DNA of 64,000 nt from an uncultured Phycisphaerales bacterium (GCA_963718665.1 OY970359.1:2144001-2208000); one strand, 5' to 3'; positions 9,764 through 19,823 are shown, numbered from the stretch's first letter. Translations and numbers: made by a program. Notes: generated from the letters alone by a model not told the origin.

Positions 9764-10227
9764 ATTTGGGATTTTAATTTTTCGATGGCAAAGCGGGCGA
9801 TGATGTTGTGGTCGAAGGCCATATTCGGGGGCAGGTTGTCGATATCGAACCATTGTGCCATAGCGGCATCATCGCCGGCTTTTACGCGGTCGAGTCCTTC
9901 TTTGATTATGCCCATATAAACTACGGTGATTTGTCTGCCTCGTGGGTCCCGGCCACAGGTGCCGACGGTGTGCATTTGTTCGAGGGCGATTCCTGTGAGG
10001 CCTGTTTCTTCCTGTAATTCTCTTGCGACGGCATCTTCCAATTCTTCATCCATTCCGATGAAGCCGCCTGGAATGGCCCATTGGCCTTTGAATGGTTCGT
10101 TGCCTCGTTTGATGAGCAGGAGCTTAGTTGCGTCGGCAATAACGGCGAAAACTACCGCATCGACCGTAACCATAGGCCTGGGCCAGTCGTAAACGTATTT
10201 TCCTTTCTCGTTCATTTCGGACAGCAT
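9757..10227 (-). CDS. NUDIX hydrolase (ADP-ribose pyrophosphatase-like)
   Basis: Nudix box GG.....EELEDAVARELQEETGL, RDPR, MAFDH; start trimmed to ATG 10227 (or 10215). Confidence 0.9.
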   Translation of the reverse strand: MLSEMNEKGKYVYDWPRPMVTVDAVVFAVIADATKLLLIKRGNEPFKGQWAIPGGFIGMDEELEDAVARELQEETGLTGIALEQMHTVGTCGRDPRGRQITVVYMGIIKEGLDRVKAGDDAAMAQWFDIDNLPPNMAFDHNIIARFAIEKLKSQIK

Positions 10228-10286
10228 AATAAATATTGGGAATTTAAGCAATTGCCGAAAGGGAGGTAAACGCATAAAATAGGGGT

Positions 10287-11171
10287 ATGCACGACGTTGA
10301 AACAGTAATGAGGAATTTAATCGAGATATCGGATGTTGCGCTCGTTGACGGGTGGCGCGGATGGGTTGCGGTTCGCGCCGCGGGCAAAGACCAGTTTTCA
10401 AAGGCAGGATGGGAGAAGCTGCTGGCTAAGCCGGAGAAGCTGCTTGAGGGTGCGCAGCAGACGCTGAAAATCGAAGGGTTGAATACCGTTACGGTTAAGT
10501 ATCTGGATATCGGGGGCAGGGGCGTCAAAGCGGTGATAAAGCGGAGGCAAGCCGGCGGGGGAATTCGTGGATTTTTCAGGTCGATGGGAGCGGCCCACGC
10601 GATACGGAATTTTATCGCGGCGGTCAAAATCAGGCAATATGGTCTGCCCGTCGCGGCGCCTCTGGCGGCGGTATATCACAAGAGATTTTTATTTTGCGAC
10701 CAGAGCATATATATCAGCGAATATATTGAGGGGACAAACCTGTACGAGTTTTTAAAGGATATGCAGGCACAGGGCGAGGAGCGGTACTGGATAATGCGGG
10801 AGCTTTCGGCGCGGATGGCGGAGATATTCGCGGAGCTTCACAAAAATAATCTGTGGCACAGGGACGCCAAGGCGACGAATTTTGTCGTCAGTCGTGACAA
10901 CGACGGGGAGTATCGCGTTACGATTACCGACGTGGACGGGATTAAGCAGTATTTTTCCGCCAGCGAAGACAGGCAGATGCAGGGGCTGTGGCAATTGGCG
11001 GCATCGGTTATGGAACTGCCGGGTATTACGCGGACGGATTATCTGCGGGCCTTTGAGATATACTGCGATGAGGTGAGGGTGCCGGCGGAGCAGCGAAGGG
11101 ACATATTCAGGCGACTTGTGCAGAAGGCGCAGGCGAAGTATCGTCTCAAGCAAGCCAGACAGGGACGTTAA
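10287..11171 (+). CDS. Lipopolysaccharide kinase (Kdo/WaaP/InaA family)
   Basis: HRDAKATN catalytic loop, TDVDG; adjacent to heptosyltransferase. Confidence 0.8.
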   Translation: MHDVETVMRNLIEISDVALVDGWRGWVAVRAAGKDQFSKAGWEKLLAKPEKLLEGAQQTLKIEGLNTVTVKYLDIGGRGVKAVIKRRQAGGGIRGFFRSMGAAHAIRNFIAAVKIRQYGLPVAAPLAAVYHKRFLFCDQSIYISEYIEGTNLYEFLKDMQAQGEERYWIMRELSARMAEIFAELHKNNLWHRDAKATNFVVSRDNDGEYRVTITDVDGIKQYFSASEDRQMQGLWQLAASVMELPGITRTDYLRAFEIYCDEVRVPAEQRRDIFRRLVQKAQAKYRLKQARQGR

Positions 11172-12203
11172 ATGATGGGCGACGAGCCGAGACGCATTTT
11201 GATTATAAAGCCGAGCGCTTTGGGGGATATAATCTTAGCGCTGCCCGCGTTGTCGGCGCTGAGGAGGAGTTTTCCGGGGGCGAAAATATCGTGGTTTGTC
11301 AGGCCTGAGTTTGCGCCGCTGATAACAGGGCATCCGTACATATCTGATATTATCCTGTTCGACCGCAGAAAACTGGCCAAATGGTGGTGCAGTCCGGGCA
11401 GTTTTAATGCGTTAAGTTCGCTTGTTAAGCAGCTCAGGGCGGGTAAATTCGATTTGGTATTCGATTTTCAGGGACTTTTCAGGACGGGATTTTTCAGTTG
11501 GGTAAGTGGGTGCAAGAGGCGATTCGGGATGGCTGGGGCGAGAGAGCTGGCACACCTGTTTTATACGGATAAAATTTCGCAGGATGCTTCGAGCATTCAC
11601 TTAGTTGATTATTATTTGAAAATTGTTGCCGCTGCTGGTGCAAAACAGGGAGAAGCGGAATTTAAATTGCCGGAGGACGCGGGGGCAGCGGAACAAATCG
11701 ACAAACTTTTGAAATCGCAGGGTGTAAACGCCAAATATGCTGTGATTGTTCCCGGGGCGGCACAGCCGGATAAGCGTTGGCCGATTGAGCGATTCGCGGA
11801 ATTAGCTGATAAAATCGGTTCACGATTCGGCATGCAGATTGTGGCGACGGGTTCACAGGGGGAGCGAGAATATATTGAGGCGATTGGCAGACGAGTTGTC
11901 AATCTTGCAGGGAAAACAGCGGTGCGTGAGTTAATACCGTTAATGAGAAAGGCGTCACTGGTCGTGAGCAATGATACCGGGCCGGGGCATATCGCGGCTG
12001 CGCTCAGTGTGCCGATAGTGATGATATTCGGGCCTACGAACCCGGCGAGGGTGTGCCCTTATAAACGGCCCCAATGCGTCGTGGCGGCTGAGCCGAACGA
12101 ACGTGGAATGAATGCGGACAGCTACGCCCCAAGGCACGCTATTACCCATATAGCCGTCGAGCGGGTTTTTGAGACGGCCTGTCAGCAAATCAAGCAGCAG
12201 TAA
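11172..12203 (+). CDS. LPS heptosyltransferase (GT9, WaaC/WaaF-like)
   Basis: IIKPSALGDII, DFQGL, NDTGPGHIAAAL, FGPT motifs. Confidence 0.92.
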   Translation: MMGDEPRRILIIKPSALGDIILALPALSALRRSFPGAKISWFVRPEFAPLITGHPYISDIILFDRRKLAKWWCSPGSFNALSSLVKQLRAGKFDLVFDFQGLFRTGFFSWVSGCKRRFGMAGARELAHLFYTDKISQDASSIHLVDYYLKIVAAAGAKQGEAEFKLPEDAGAAEQIDKLLKSQGVNAKYAVIVPGAAQPDKRWPIERFAELADKIGSRFGMQIVATGSQGEREYIEAIGRRVVNLAGKTAVRELIPLMRKASLVVSNDTGPGHIAAALSVPIVMIFGPTNPARVCPYKRPQCVVAAEPNERGMNADSYAPRHAITHIAVERVFETACQQIKQQ

Positions 12204-12216
12204 TTTAATGGCCCAA

Positions 12217-15057
12217 TTACTTTAATGTAACGGCGCAGCGTTCGCAGACATCGGGGTGTTGCGGGTTGCTGCCTACGCTTGACCAGTAGTTCCAGCAACG
12301 TTGGCATTTTTGATGTGTACTCTTTTGGGCAATTATCTGTCTTTCGCCATTGGTTTTTTCAAGCTTAATCTCACTAACAATGCAAAGGGCGGCGAAGGAT
12401 TTCAAGCCAAACTGCTCAATCGCGGCTGCATCTTCACTGCCGCAGCGGATAGTTACGCTGGATTCCTGATTGCTGCCGATAATCTTGTTTTGTCGCAATG
12501 GTTCAAGTGCTTTAAGGACCTCGTCTCTAAGAAACATAAGCTTTTGCCATTTCGGGTCTTCGACTTTGGGACTGGCTTTAGGCATCATCGCCAGATGAAT
12601 ACTATCAACATTTTGTGATTTGTGCTGGATTGCAGCCCAGGTTTCCTCAGCGGTGTGTACGAGAATCGGGGCGAACAATAGCGTGAGCGAATCGAGGATT
12701 TTGTAAAGCGCGGTCTGGCAGCTTCGGCGGGATGAGCTGTCTGCGGGGTCGCAATACAAGCGGTCCTTGAGCAGGTCCATATAGATACTGCTCATCTCGA
12801 TGCTGCAGAAATTATAGAGCAGCGAAAACGCGCGGTGATAGGCGAAATCATCGAATTCTTTGGTAACGCCGGCGATTAGCTTTTGGAGCTGCTGCATTGC
12901 CCATTTGTCGATTTCGAACATTTTGTCGTAAGCGACGGCGTTTTTAGCAGGGTCGAAATCGTAGATGTTGCCGAGGAGATAGCGCAGGGTGTTTCTGATT
13001 TTGCGGTAGGCATCCTGTGTTTTGCCGATGAGCTCATCGTTGCAGCGCATATCGTCTTGATAGTTGACGCTGGCGACCCAGAGGCGAAGGATGTCTGCGC
13101 CGTATTTGGTAACCTCGTCCTGCGCGTTGACGTAGTTGCCCAGCGACTTGGATTGCTTCATACCTTTTTCATCAACGGTGAAGCCGTGGGTGAGAACGGC
13201 CTTGAAGGGGGCTTTGCCCATAAAGCCCAGCGCGGGCAAAAGCGATAACTGGAACCAGCCGCGGTGCTGGTCGCTGCCTTCGAGATAGAGGTCAACGGGG
13301 ATGGGCCAGCCGGCTTTTGAGGCGACGGAGTACCAACTGCATCCCGATTCGAACCAGACGTCGAAGATGTTTTCTTCTTTTTTCAGTTCGTTAAATGAGA
13401 AGCCGGGAGGCAATTTGAAATCCGCGCCGAGGATTTGCTCAGGAGAATCGGTAAACCAGCTATCGGAACCTTTTGCAGCGATATGTTTTGAAACCGCCAA
13501 TACCGATTCTTTTGTCAAAAGTGTTTCGCCCTGAGGATTGACAAAGACCGGGATAGGCAGGCCCCAGCTTCGCTGTCTGCTGATGCACCAGTCGGGGCGA
13601 GATTCGAGCATACCTTCGATGCGTTTCTGACCCCAGTCGGGAATCCAGCGGACGTTTTTTGTGGATTCGAGGGAGAGGTTGCGCAGTGTTTTGCCCAGGC
13701 CGGGGATTTCCTTATCGACGCTGACGAACCATTGTTCGGTTGCGCGGAAGATGACGGGTGTTTTGCTTCGCCAGCAGTGGGGGTAGCTGTGTGTGATTTT
13801 CTGCTGTCTGACAAGCAAGCCGGTTTTAGTGAGGTGGTCGATGACTTCCTTATCGACCTTGAGGACGCTTTTGCCGCGGAGCCATTCGGGGACAGTGTTG
13901 TCGTAAGAGCCATCATCTTTCACCGGCGAATATATGGCCAGACCATACTTTTGCCCTGACATATAGTCCTCTGCGCCGTGGCCCGGGGCGGTGTGGACGA
14001 GGCCCGTGCCGTCTTCGGTTGTTACGTATTCAGCGAGTATAACCTTGTAGGCATCTTTATCAGTCGGGTTCTTTTCGATAAAGGGATGAGTATAGCGCAG
14101 GCCCTCGAGTTTGGAGCCGAGGACCTTATTTGGGTTGACTTTATATTGTCCTTCGTTTAATCCGGCAGCCGCGACGACAGCGGAGAGGCGGTCAGAAACT
14201 ACGATGGAGACGAAACGCCTGCCATTAAGCTGGTAGTCGAGAGTTACATATTCGAGACGCGGGTGCAGTGCGACAGCGAGATTTGCGGCTAACGTCCACG
14301 GTGTGGTCGTCCAAATCATAAAACAAACTTTGGCGTTCTGCGCCTGCTCTGCTGTTACCAGACCAAGTTCGGTTAATCGTGGGATGCTGTCTTTGGCAAC
14401 GGGAAAATTTACGAAGATGCTTGGTGAGTCGATATCTTTGTATTCCAGTTCCGCTTCTGCCAGTGCGGTTTCACAGCCGACGGACCAGTGAATAGGTTTC
14501 AATTGTTTTTTGACGAGACCTTTGCCTACGAGTTCAGCGAAGACCTCAAGGATACCTGCCTCGTAGGATGGCTTGAATGTGAGATACGGGTTTTCGAAGT
14601 CGCCGAATACGCCTAATTGCTGAAACTGCTGGCTCTGGAGCTTGACGTATTTGCTGGCGTATTTTTTGCAGAGCTGGCGAATTTCGGGTTTGCCCAGTTG
14701 GCGGACCTTTTCACCGAGTTCGGTAACGACCTTTGATTCGATGGGCAGGCCGTGGCAATCCCAGCCGGGGACGTAGGGGGCGTCGAAGCCGGACATTGTT
14801 TTGTAGCGGACGACGAAATCCTTGAGGACCTTGTTTATGACGTGGCCCATATGGATATCGCCGTTGGCATAAGGCGGCCCGTCGTGCAGGATGTATAACG
14901 GGGCGCTTTTTCGGGCGGCCCTGATTTTGCCGTAGATGTCGCTTTTTTGCCAGTCCTTGCGCATCTGCGGTTCTCGCTGGACGAGGTTTGCCTTCATCGC
15001 AAAACTCGTTTGCGGCAGGTTCAATGTTTGGCTGTAACTTTTCTTGTCGTCGGACAT
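12217..15057 (-). CDS. ileS: Isoleucine--tRNA ligase (type 1)
   Basis: LHDGPPYANG, HMGH, GWDCHGLPIE, WCISRQR, KQSKS, C-terminal zinc finger. Confidence 0.98.
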   Translation of the reverse strand: MSDDKKSYSQTLNLPQTSFAMKANLVQREPQMRKDWQKSDIYGKIRAARKSAPLYILHDGPPYANGDIHMGHVINKVLKDFVVRYKTMSGFDAPYVPGWDCHGLPIESKVVTELGEKVRQLGKPEIRQLCKKYASKYVKLQSQQFQQLGVFGDFENPYLTFKPSYEAGILEVFAELVGKGLVKKQLKPIHWSVGCETALAEAELEYKDIDSPSIFVNFPVAKDSIPRLTELGLVTAEQAQNAKVCFMIWTTTPWTLAANLAVALHPRLEYVTLDYQLNGRRFVSIVVSDRLSAVVAAAGLNEGQYKVNPNKVLGSKLEGLRYTHPFIEKNPTDKDAYKVILAEYVTTEDGTGLVHTAPGHGAEDYMSGQKYGLAIYSPVKDDGSYDNTVPEWLRGKSVLKVDKEVIDHLTKTGLLVRQQKITHSYPHCWRSKTPVIFRATEQWFVSVDKEIPGLGKTLRNLSLESTKNVRWIPDWGQKRIEGMLESRPDWCISRQRSWGLPIPVFVNPQGETLLTKESVLAVSKHIAAKGSDSWFTDSPEQILGADFKLPPGFSFNELKKEENIFDVWFESGCSWYSVASKAGWPIPVDLYLEGSDQHRGWFQLSLLPALGFMGKAPFKAVLTHGFTVDEKGMKQSKSLGNYVNAQDEVTKYGADILRLWVASVNYQDDMRCNDELIGKTQDAYRKIRNTLRYLLGNIYDFDPAKNAVAYDKMFEIDKWAMQQLQKLIAGVTKEFDDFAYHRAFSLLYNFCSIEMSSIYMDLLKDRLYCDPADSSSRRSCQTALYKILDSLTLLFAPILVHTAEETWAAIQHKSQNVDSIHLAMMPKASPKVEDPKWQKLMFLRDEVLKALEPLRQNKIIGSNQESSVTIRCGSEDAAAIEQFGLKSFAALCIVSEIKLEKTNGERQIIAQKSTHQKCQRCWNYWSSVGSNPQHPDVCERCAVTLK

Positions 15058-15085
15058 CGTTATACCTCAAAAAAGTAAAACCATT

Positions 15086-15114
15086 ATGCTAAATCGAACG
15101 CTTGTTAATGTCAA
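15086..15114 (-). promoter_or_regulatory. Possible proximal sigma70 promoter of ileS
   Basis: TTGACA-N17-TAGCAT on minus strand. Confidence 0.4.
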
Positions 15115-15120
15115 TGTTAG

Positions 15121-15147
15121 TAACCCCCCAATAAATTGGGGGGCTAA
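15121..15147. repeat. Short palindrome (REP-like)
   Basis: taacccccc-aataaatt-ggggggctaa inverted repeat. Confidence 0.5.
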
Positions 15148-15151
15148 ATTT

Positions 15152-15194
15152 AAACGAAAAAGGCCTTTCAGGATTGCCGCCCTGAAAGGCCTTT
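15152..15194 (-). terminator. Attenuator terminator in ileS leader
   Basis: AAAGGCCTTTCAGG-gcggcaat-CCTGAAAGGCCTTT followed by TTCGTTT on minus strand. Confidence 0.85.
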
Positions 15195-15215
15195 ATAAAT
15201 CGATATTTTACGCTT

Positions 15216-15323
15216 TCAGGACAGCTTTGTTATGTCTCCTATAATGATAATCGCAATGACAGCGGGGCACATAATGTGCTTTGCCTGTGCGATTAACCGT
15301 AATGTAGATTGTTTTAACGCCAT
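15216..15323 (-). CDS. Ile-rich leader peptide MALKQSTLRLIAQAKHIMCPAVIAIIIIGDITKLS (35 aa)
   Basis: AAGGTG SD-like site, 6 Ile in 9 codons near the end, stop codon lies in the antiterminator strand, upstream of ileS. Confidence 0.8.
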   Translation of the reverse strand: MALKQSTLRLIAQAKHIMCPAVIAIIIIGDITKLS

Positions 15324-15346
15324 AAATTCACCTTAACAACGTTACA

Positions 15347-15375
15347 AATCTACTATAGTAGTCGGTTATTGTCAA
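15347..15375 (-). promoter_or_regulatory. Putative sigma70 promoter of the ileS leader
   Basis: TTGACA-N17-TAGATT on minus strand. Confidence 0.6.
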
Positions 15376-15476
15376 TCGTAAGTTTAACGGCCATTGACAC
15401 AAGGCCGGTTCGCCTCTTATAGTATTCCCTTTATTAACCGTATTTATTTTAAGAAACGAACAACGAAAGGGCTATT

Positions 15477-16919
15477 TTGATGGATCCTACAATTTTCAAG
15501 GCGTATGACATCAGGGGTATTTACGGCGAGCAGTTTAACGAAGAAGACGCGTGGAAGATTGGTTTTGCGACGGCGCGTTTTTTACCTGCGCTTCTTCACG
15601 GTTTCGACAGGGGGCAGACCAATGCCAGGGCGATTTGCGTGGGGCGTGATATGCGGACTCACAGCGAGTCGCTTGCAAATGTGCTGATTGAGGGCATTAT
15701 TTCAGCGGGTATTGATGTTATTGATATCGGTATGGTCGATTCACCCTTTATGTATTTTGCAATTAATTATCTCAGTGCCTGCGGCGGAGTTCAGGTAACC
15801 GCCTCGCACAATCCAGCCAAATACAATGGCTTCAAGGTATCAGGCCCTGGCGCAAAACCCATCGGCGAAGATACCGGTCTAAAAGATATTCAGCATATCG
15901 CGATGTCCCTGCTGCATACCAAGGGCAAACCCACAGGCACTGTGCAAAAGGTTGATCTGACGGAGGAATATAGAAAGCACGTTTTGAAATTCCTGCTGCC
16001 CAAGCTGCGAAAGCTCAAGATAGCCATCGACGCTTCGAATGGTATGGCTGGTAAAATGGTGCCTGCCCTGTTCTCCGGGCTTGGTTTAAAAATTATCGAG
16101 TTGAATTTCAAACATGACGGCACCTTTAATCACGAACCAAACCCGTTGCTTGAGGAAAACCTTGAGGAGCTGAAGGCAGCGGTCGTTCAGGAAAAGTGTG
16201 ATTTCGGCGTTTGTTTCGACGGCGACGCAGACCGGCTGATAATGGTTGATGAGACAGGGCGAACGATTAGCTGCGACCTGATGACCGCGCTTATGGCGAG
16301 GTATTTCCTGAAAAAAGAGCCGAAGTCAACGATAGTTTACGATCTGCGTTCGAGCAGGGTGGTTGCAGAGGAAATCATCAAATACGGCGGGACGCCCCGG
16401 CGGGAGCGGGTAGGGCACGCGTTTATGAAAAAGGCACTGCGCGACTCGCACGCGATTTTCGGCGGCGAATTATCGGGGCATTTCTATTATCGCGATAATT
16501 TCTTCGCCGATTCAGGGATGATTACATTTGTTCATATGCTCAATATTATCAGTCAAAGCGATGCGCCGGTCAGCGAGCTGGCCAATCCCCTTCGCAGATA
16601 TTCCTCGAGCGGCGAGATAAACTTCCAGGTCGAGGACAAAAAGGCCAAAATGGACGAACTGGCGAAGAGATACCGTGACGGGCAGGTTGACTGGCTCGAC
16701 GGCGTTACCGTGGGATTTAAGGACTGGTGGTTTAACTGCAGGCCGAGTAATACCGAGCCGTTATTGCGGCTGACGGTCGAGGCGAAAACGCCTGAAATGC
16801 TCCAGGAAAAATTAAAAGAGATACAGTCAATACTTGGCTCGCCGGTTCGCCAAGAGAAACATAAGCCGCAGGAACAGCCTGCTAAAAAAGCGGGTAAAAA
16901 AAAGCCCGCAGATAAGTAG
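15477..16919 (+). CDS. Phosphomannomutase/phosphoglucomutase
   Basis: FKAYDIRG, TASHNP, FDGDADR, GELSGH, RPSNTEP. Confidence 0.95.
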   Translation: MMDPTIFKAYDIRGIYGEQFNEEDAWKIGFATARFLPALLHGFDRGQTNARAICVGRDMRTHSESLANVLIEGIISAGIDVIDIGMVDSPFMYFAINYLSACGGVQVTASHNPAKYNGFKVSGPGAKPIGEDTGLKDIQHIAMSLLHTKGKPTGTVQKVDLTEEYRKHVLKFLLPKLRKLKIAIDASNGMAGKMVPALFSGLGLKIIELNFKHDGTFNHEPNPLLEENLEELKAAVVQEKCDFGVCFDGDADRLIMVDETGRTISCDLMTALMARYFLKKEPKSTIVYDLRSSRVVAEEIIKYGGTPRRERVGHAFMKKALRDSHAIFGGELSGHFYYRDNFFADSGMITFVHMLNIISQSDAPVSELANPLRRYSSSGEINFQVEDKKAKMDELAKRYRDGQVDWLDGVTVGFKDWWFNCRPSNTEPLLRLTVEAKTPEMLQEKLKEIQSILGSPVRQEKHKPQEQPAKKAGKKKPADK

Positions 16920-16930
16920 AGGAATGAATT

Positions 16931-17239
16931 ATGGAAATCAACAGGAAAACATTTCAGACCCCGAAGGGCCTTGTTGAGGGCGTCCAGACGAAATGGCCCG
17001 GCTTTAATATCCTGATTGTTACCGGCTCGAAAGGATTTCTGGCCTGTCCGGCAATCGACGTTGACGCCTGCCAGAGATATGGCGTGGCTGCGGCTTTGGT
17101 CGAAAGCTCGCCGGCCAACCCGATTGGCACGCTTGACAGATTTCCCGACAGAAAGATTACAAAGGTTAATGAAAAGGCCAAATTGCTGGGCATTAAAGAA
17201 GGTATGCCCGTTGCTGATGCCTTCGCGTTGATTGTATAG
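16931..17239 (+). CDS. YunC/DUF1805-family protein
   Basis: KGFLAC...AAA.V...VNEKAKLLGIKEGM...AL pattern. Confidence 0.7.
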   Translation: MEINRKTFQTPKGLVEGVQTKWPGFNILIVTGSKGFLACPAIDVDACQRYGVAAALVESSPANPIGTLDRFPDRKITKVNEKAKLLGIKEGMPVADAFALIV

Positions 17240-17272
17240 TGTCTGACTGAAACTGTTTTTGGAGAGTATAAT

Positions 17273-18112
17273 ATGAGAATCTCACACCTTCTCACGTTTG
17301 CTGTTCTTTTTGTCATTCTTTCAAATCCTGCGTTTGCTCAACAGGAACCAATAACGTTGACGCTTCCACAAAGTCCATACATCGTTAATCCCAATCCGGC
17401 ACTGGCGGATGTCAATTGCTTTTATATAACGGTTAGATTGCGCGGTGCGTATAACGACTCCAATTCGGCACTAACTACCCAGATCGAGCAGCAAGTCGAG
17501 GCCACGTTCAGAGATTACGATATCAACGTTATAGATACCAATGTGGACGCAAACTCGCCGCTGGCAATGCTCGCAAAAAAGCGGTTAGGTTCTGTATCTA
17601 ATCTGAGATGGAGGCCCGCCAATGTTCCCGAGTTTCGCATTGAGATTGATTTGTTGAATCTTCCTGATACAAACCAGTGCATTTTTCGCCTTCAAACTTC
17701 TTTTTTGAAAAGAGCCCAGCTTGAGAACGGCCCCAAGGCCAATATGATGGCTGATGTCTGGAAAGATGAGCCGGTTATGCGTTTGGTTGCGACAAAGGAT
17801 TTGGCCGAGTCCCTCATCTCTGCGGCTATTGTTCAGGCGCGGGCGTTTATTGGATCGTGGTCTGTGACCAGGGCAGCAGACAAACAATCGGAGGTCAGTC
17901 AAACAAAGCCGCAGTTGCGCAAAGCAACTGATGAGAACGATAAACAGCAATCTGTCGAATCTAAATATGTTTCTTCTAAGAACAGCCAGATATTTCACAA
18001 GGCGAGTTGCTCGTCTGCGAAGAGAATATCTCCGAACAATCTTGTGAGCTATGCTACGAGGGACGCGGCAATCGCCGCGGGCAAAAAGCCCTGTGAACGC
18101 TGTAATCCCTGA
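17273..18112 (+). CDS. Secreted protein with C-terminal Ada-like metal-binding domain
   Basis: Signal peptide; YVSSKNSQIFHKASC...AIAAGKKPCERCNP. Confidence 0.75.
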   Translation: MRISHLLTFAVLFVILSNPAFAQQEPITLTLPQSPYIVNPNPALADVNCFYITVRLRGAYNDSNSALTTQIEQQVEATFRDYDINVIDTNVDANSPLAMLAKKRLGSVSNLRWRPANVPEFRIEIDLLNLPDTNQCIFRLQTSFLKRAQLENGPKANMMADVWKDEPVMRLVATKDLAESLISAAIVQARAFIGSWSVTRAADKQSEVSQTKPQLRKATDENDKQQSVESKYVSSKNSQIFHKASCSSAKRISPNNLVSYATRDAAIAAGKKPCERCNP

Positions 18113-18117
18113 ATAAG

Positions 18118-18891
18118 ATGATAACCATACCAAGCCGGATATCGAATTGGTTTACCGGAGCCGTTAGCGATGCGGTTGGGGGACTGGGCCAGTTACTTTG
18201 GCCTTCTAAATGCGTCAACTGCGGTGAACATAACGTTGAAACAGGCAGCGGCCTGTGTGGCGACTGCTGGGAGGGCCTCACTTCCGTATGCTCTGCTGAT
18301 TATTGCAGGCGTTGCGGCAGAGACGTAAGCCCTTACGTTGCTCGTGAAGGTGTTTGCCTGAATTGCCGTGGTGAACAGATGCGTTTTGACGGAATTGCTC
18401 GTGCCGGTATGTATGCGGAATCGCTGCGGGATATGGTGAAGGCGTTCAAGAATGACAAAACCGAACTTGATTCGCTAATGGTCTGGCTGGCGGACACTGC
18501 GTTGCAGACAAGCACATTTTTTCAGGATATCGATTTTTTTGTGCCTGTGCCTTTACACTGGCGAAGACGCTTTAATCGCGGTTACAACCAGTCGTATCTA
18601 TTGGCCAGGGGGCTGAAACATCCTTCTGCCAAAGTCAGCACCGACCTTGTCCGTATTCGTTATACGAAGCCGCAATCTGAAATGCTGAGTTTTGCTGCCC
18701 GGGTAAAAAATGTGAAGGGTGCATTTGCAGTCCGTTATCGGCATCCTTTCACGGGCCGCAAGATTTGCCTTGTAGATGACATTAAAACTACCAATGCTAC
18801 GCTGAATGAATGCGCGAATACACTCAAGGAAGCTGGGGCGTCAAAGGTTTTTGCTCTGGTGTTATCGGTGGCAGGTCAGGATGCGAGATAA
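18118..18891 (+). CDS. comF: ComF-family protein (double zinc ribbon + PRTase)
   Basis: CxxC pairs, VPVPLH, RGYNQS, LVDDIKTT. Confidence 0.9.
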   Translation: MITIPSRISNWFTGAVSDAVGGLGQLLWPSKCVNCGEHNVETGSGLCGDCWEGLTSVCSADYCRRCGRDVSPYVAREGVCLNCRGEQMRFDGIARAGMYAESLRDMVKAFKNDKTELDSLMVWLADTALQTSTFFQDIDFFVPVPLHWRRRFNRGYNQSYLLARGLKHPSAKVSTDLVRIRYTKPQSEMLSFAARVKNVKGAFAVRYRHPFTGRKICLVDDIKTTNATLNECANTLKEAGASKVFALVLSVAGQDAR

Positions 18892-18906
18892 TTTTTACGG
18901 GGGATG

Positions 18907-19761
18907 TTATTTCTGGCAGTAATCGATGAGGCGGGCGATTTCGCTGCGAAGGTCTTTGCGGTGAACAATCATATCGACGAAGCCGTGTTCGAGCATAAAC
19001 TCCGCGGTCTGGAAACCTTCCGGAAGCTCGACCTTAATTGTCTCGGCGATGGTTCGCGGGCCTGCGAAACCGATTAACGCCTTTGGCTCGGCGATGAGAC
19101 AGTCGCCCAGCATCGCGAAACTGGCGGTAACGCCGCCGGTGGTGGGGTCGGTCAGGACCGAGATAAAGAAGCCGCCTTCCCTGTCGAGTTTGGCGATGGC
19201 TGCGCTGGTTTTCGCCATTTGGCCCAGCGATACGACGCCCTCGTGCATCCTTGCGCCGCCCGATGAGCATATAGCCACAAGCGGCAGCTTTTCTTCGATA
19301 GCTTTTTCGACGGCCAAACAGAGTTTTTCGCCGACGACATAGCCCATCGAACCCATCAGAAAATTCGGCTCCATAACTGCAAGCACTACGCCTCTTCCCT
19401 TGATGAATGCCTTGCCGATTCGCATTGCTTCTTTTGAGCTGCTTTTGTGTTCGTCGGCTTTTAGCCGTTGAAGATAGGTTGTGCCTCTGAAGTTGAAATC
19501 AAGTGGGTCGTTGCTGGTAAGGTGGTCGTGCGTTTCCTCGAATGAACCCTCATCGACCAAGTAGCTGATGCGGGTGAGCGAGTCGATGCGGAAGTGATAA
19601 TCGCATTCCGGGCAGACGTTGAGGTTTTTCTCAACGGTGCTTTTGTAAAGCATGTGCTCACAGGCCGGACAACGCGTCCAAAGGCCGTCAGGCATTTCCT
19701 TTCGCTTTTTGAGCGAAAAGCCGTTCCATTTTGATTTCGCTTCTTTTGCCATAATCGGCAT
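18907..19761 (-). CDS. accD: Acetyl-CoA carboxylase carboxyltransferase beta subunit
   Basis: GLWTRCP.C zinc finger, SGGARMHEG, PTTGGVTASFA, GFAGPR. Confidence 0.96.
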   Translation of the reverse strand: MPIMAKEAKSKWNGFSLKKRKEMPDGLWTRCPACEHMLYKSTVEKNLNVCPECDYHFRIDSLTRISYLVDEGSFEETHDHLTSNDPLDFNFRGTTYLQRLKADEHKSSSKEAMRIGKAFIKGRGVVLAVMEPNFLMGSMGYVVGEKLCLAVEKAIEEKLPLVAICSSGGARMHEGVVSLGQMAKTSAAIAKLDREGGFFISVLTDPTTGGVTASFAMLGDCLIAEPKALIGFAGPRTIAETIKVELPEGFQTAEFMLEHGFVDMIVHRKDLRSEIARLIDYCQK

Positions 19762-19823
19762 TCAGACCTCATTCACAGGATTCAAAGATTCTACCAAAAA
19801 AGCGAGCGGATTTCCAGAAACAA

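Noticed and set aside
10228..10401. N-terminal extension of the NUDIX ORF
   Set aside because: Overlaps the divergent kinase gene; homology starts at MNEKGKY
15060..15340. T-box riboswitch upstream of ileS
   Set aside because: No GGTGGNACCGCG T-box motif or specifier stem seen; the leader-peptide model fits better
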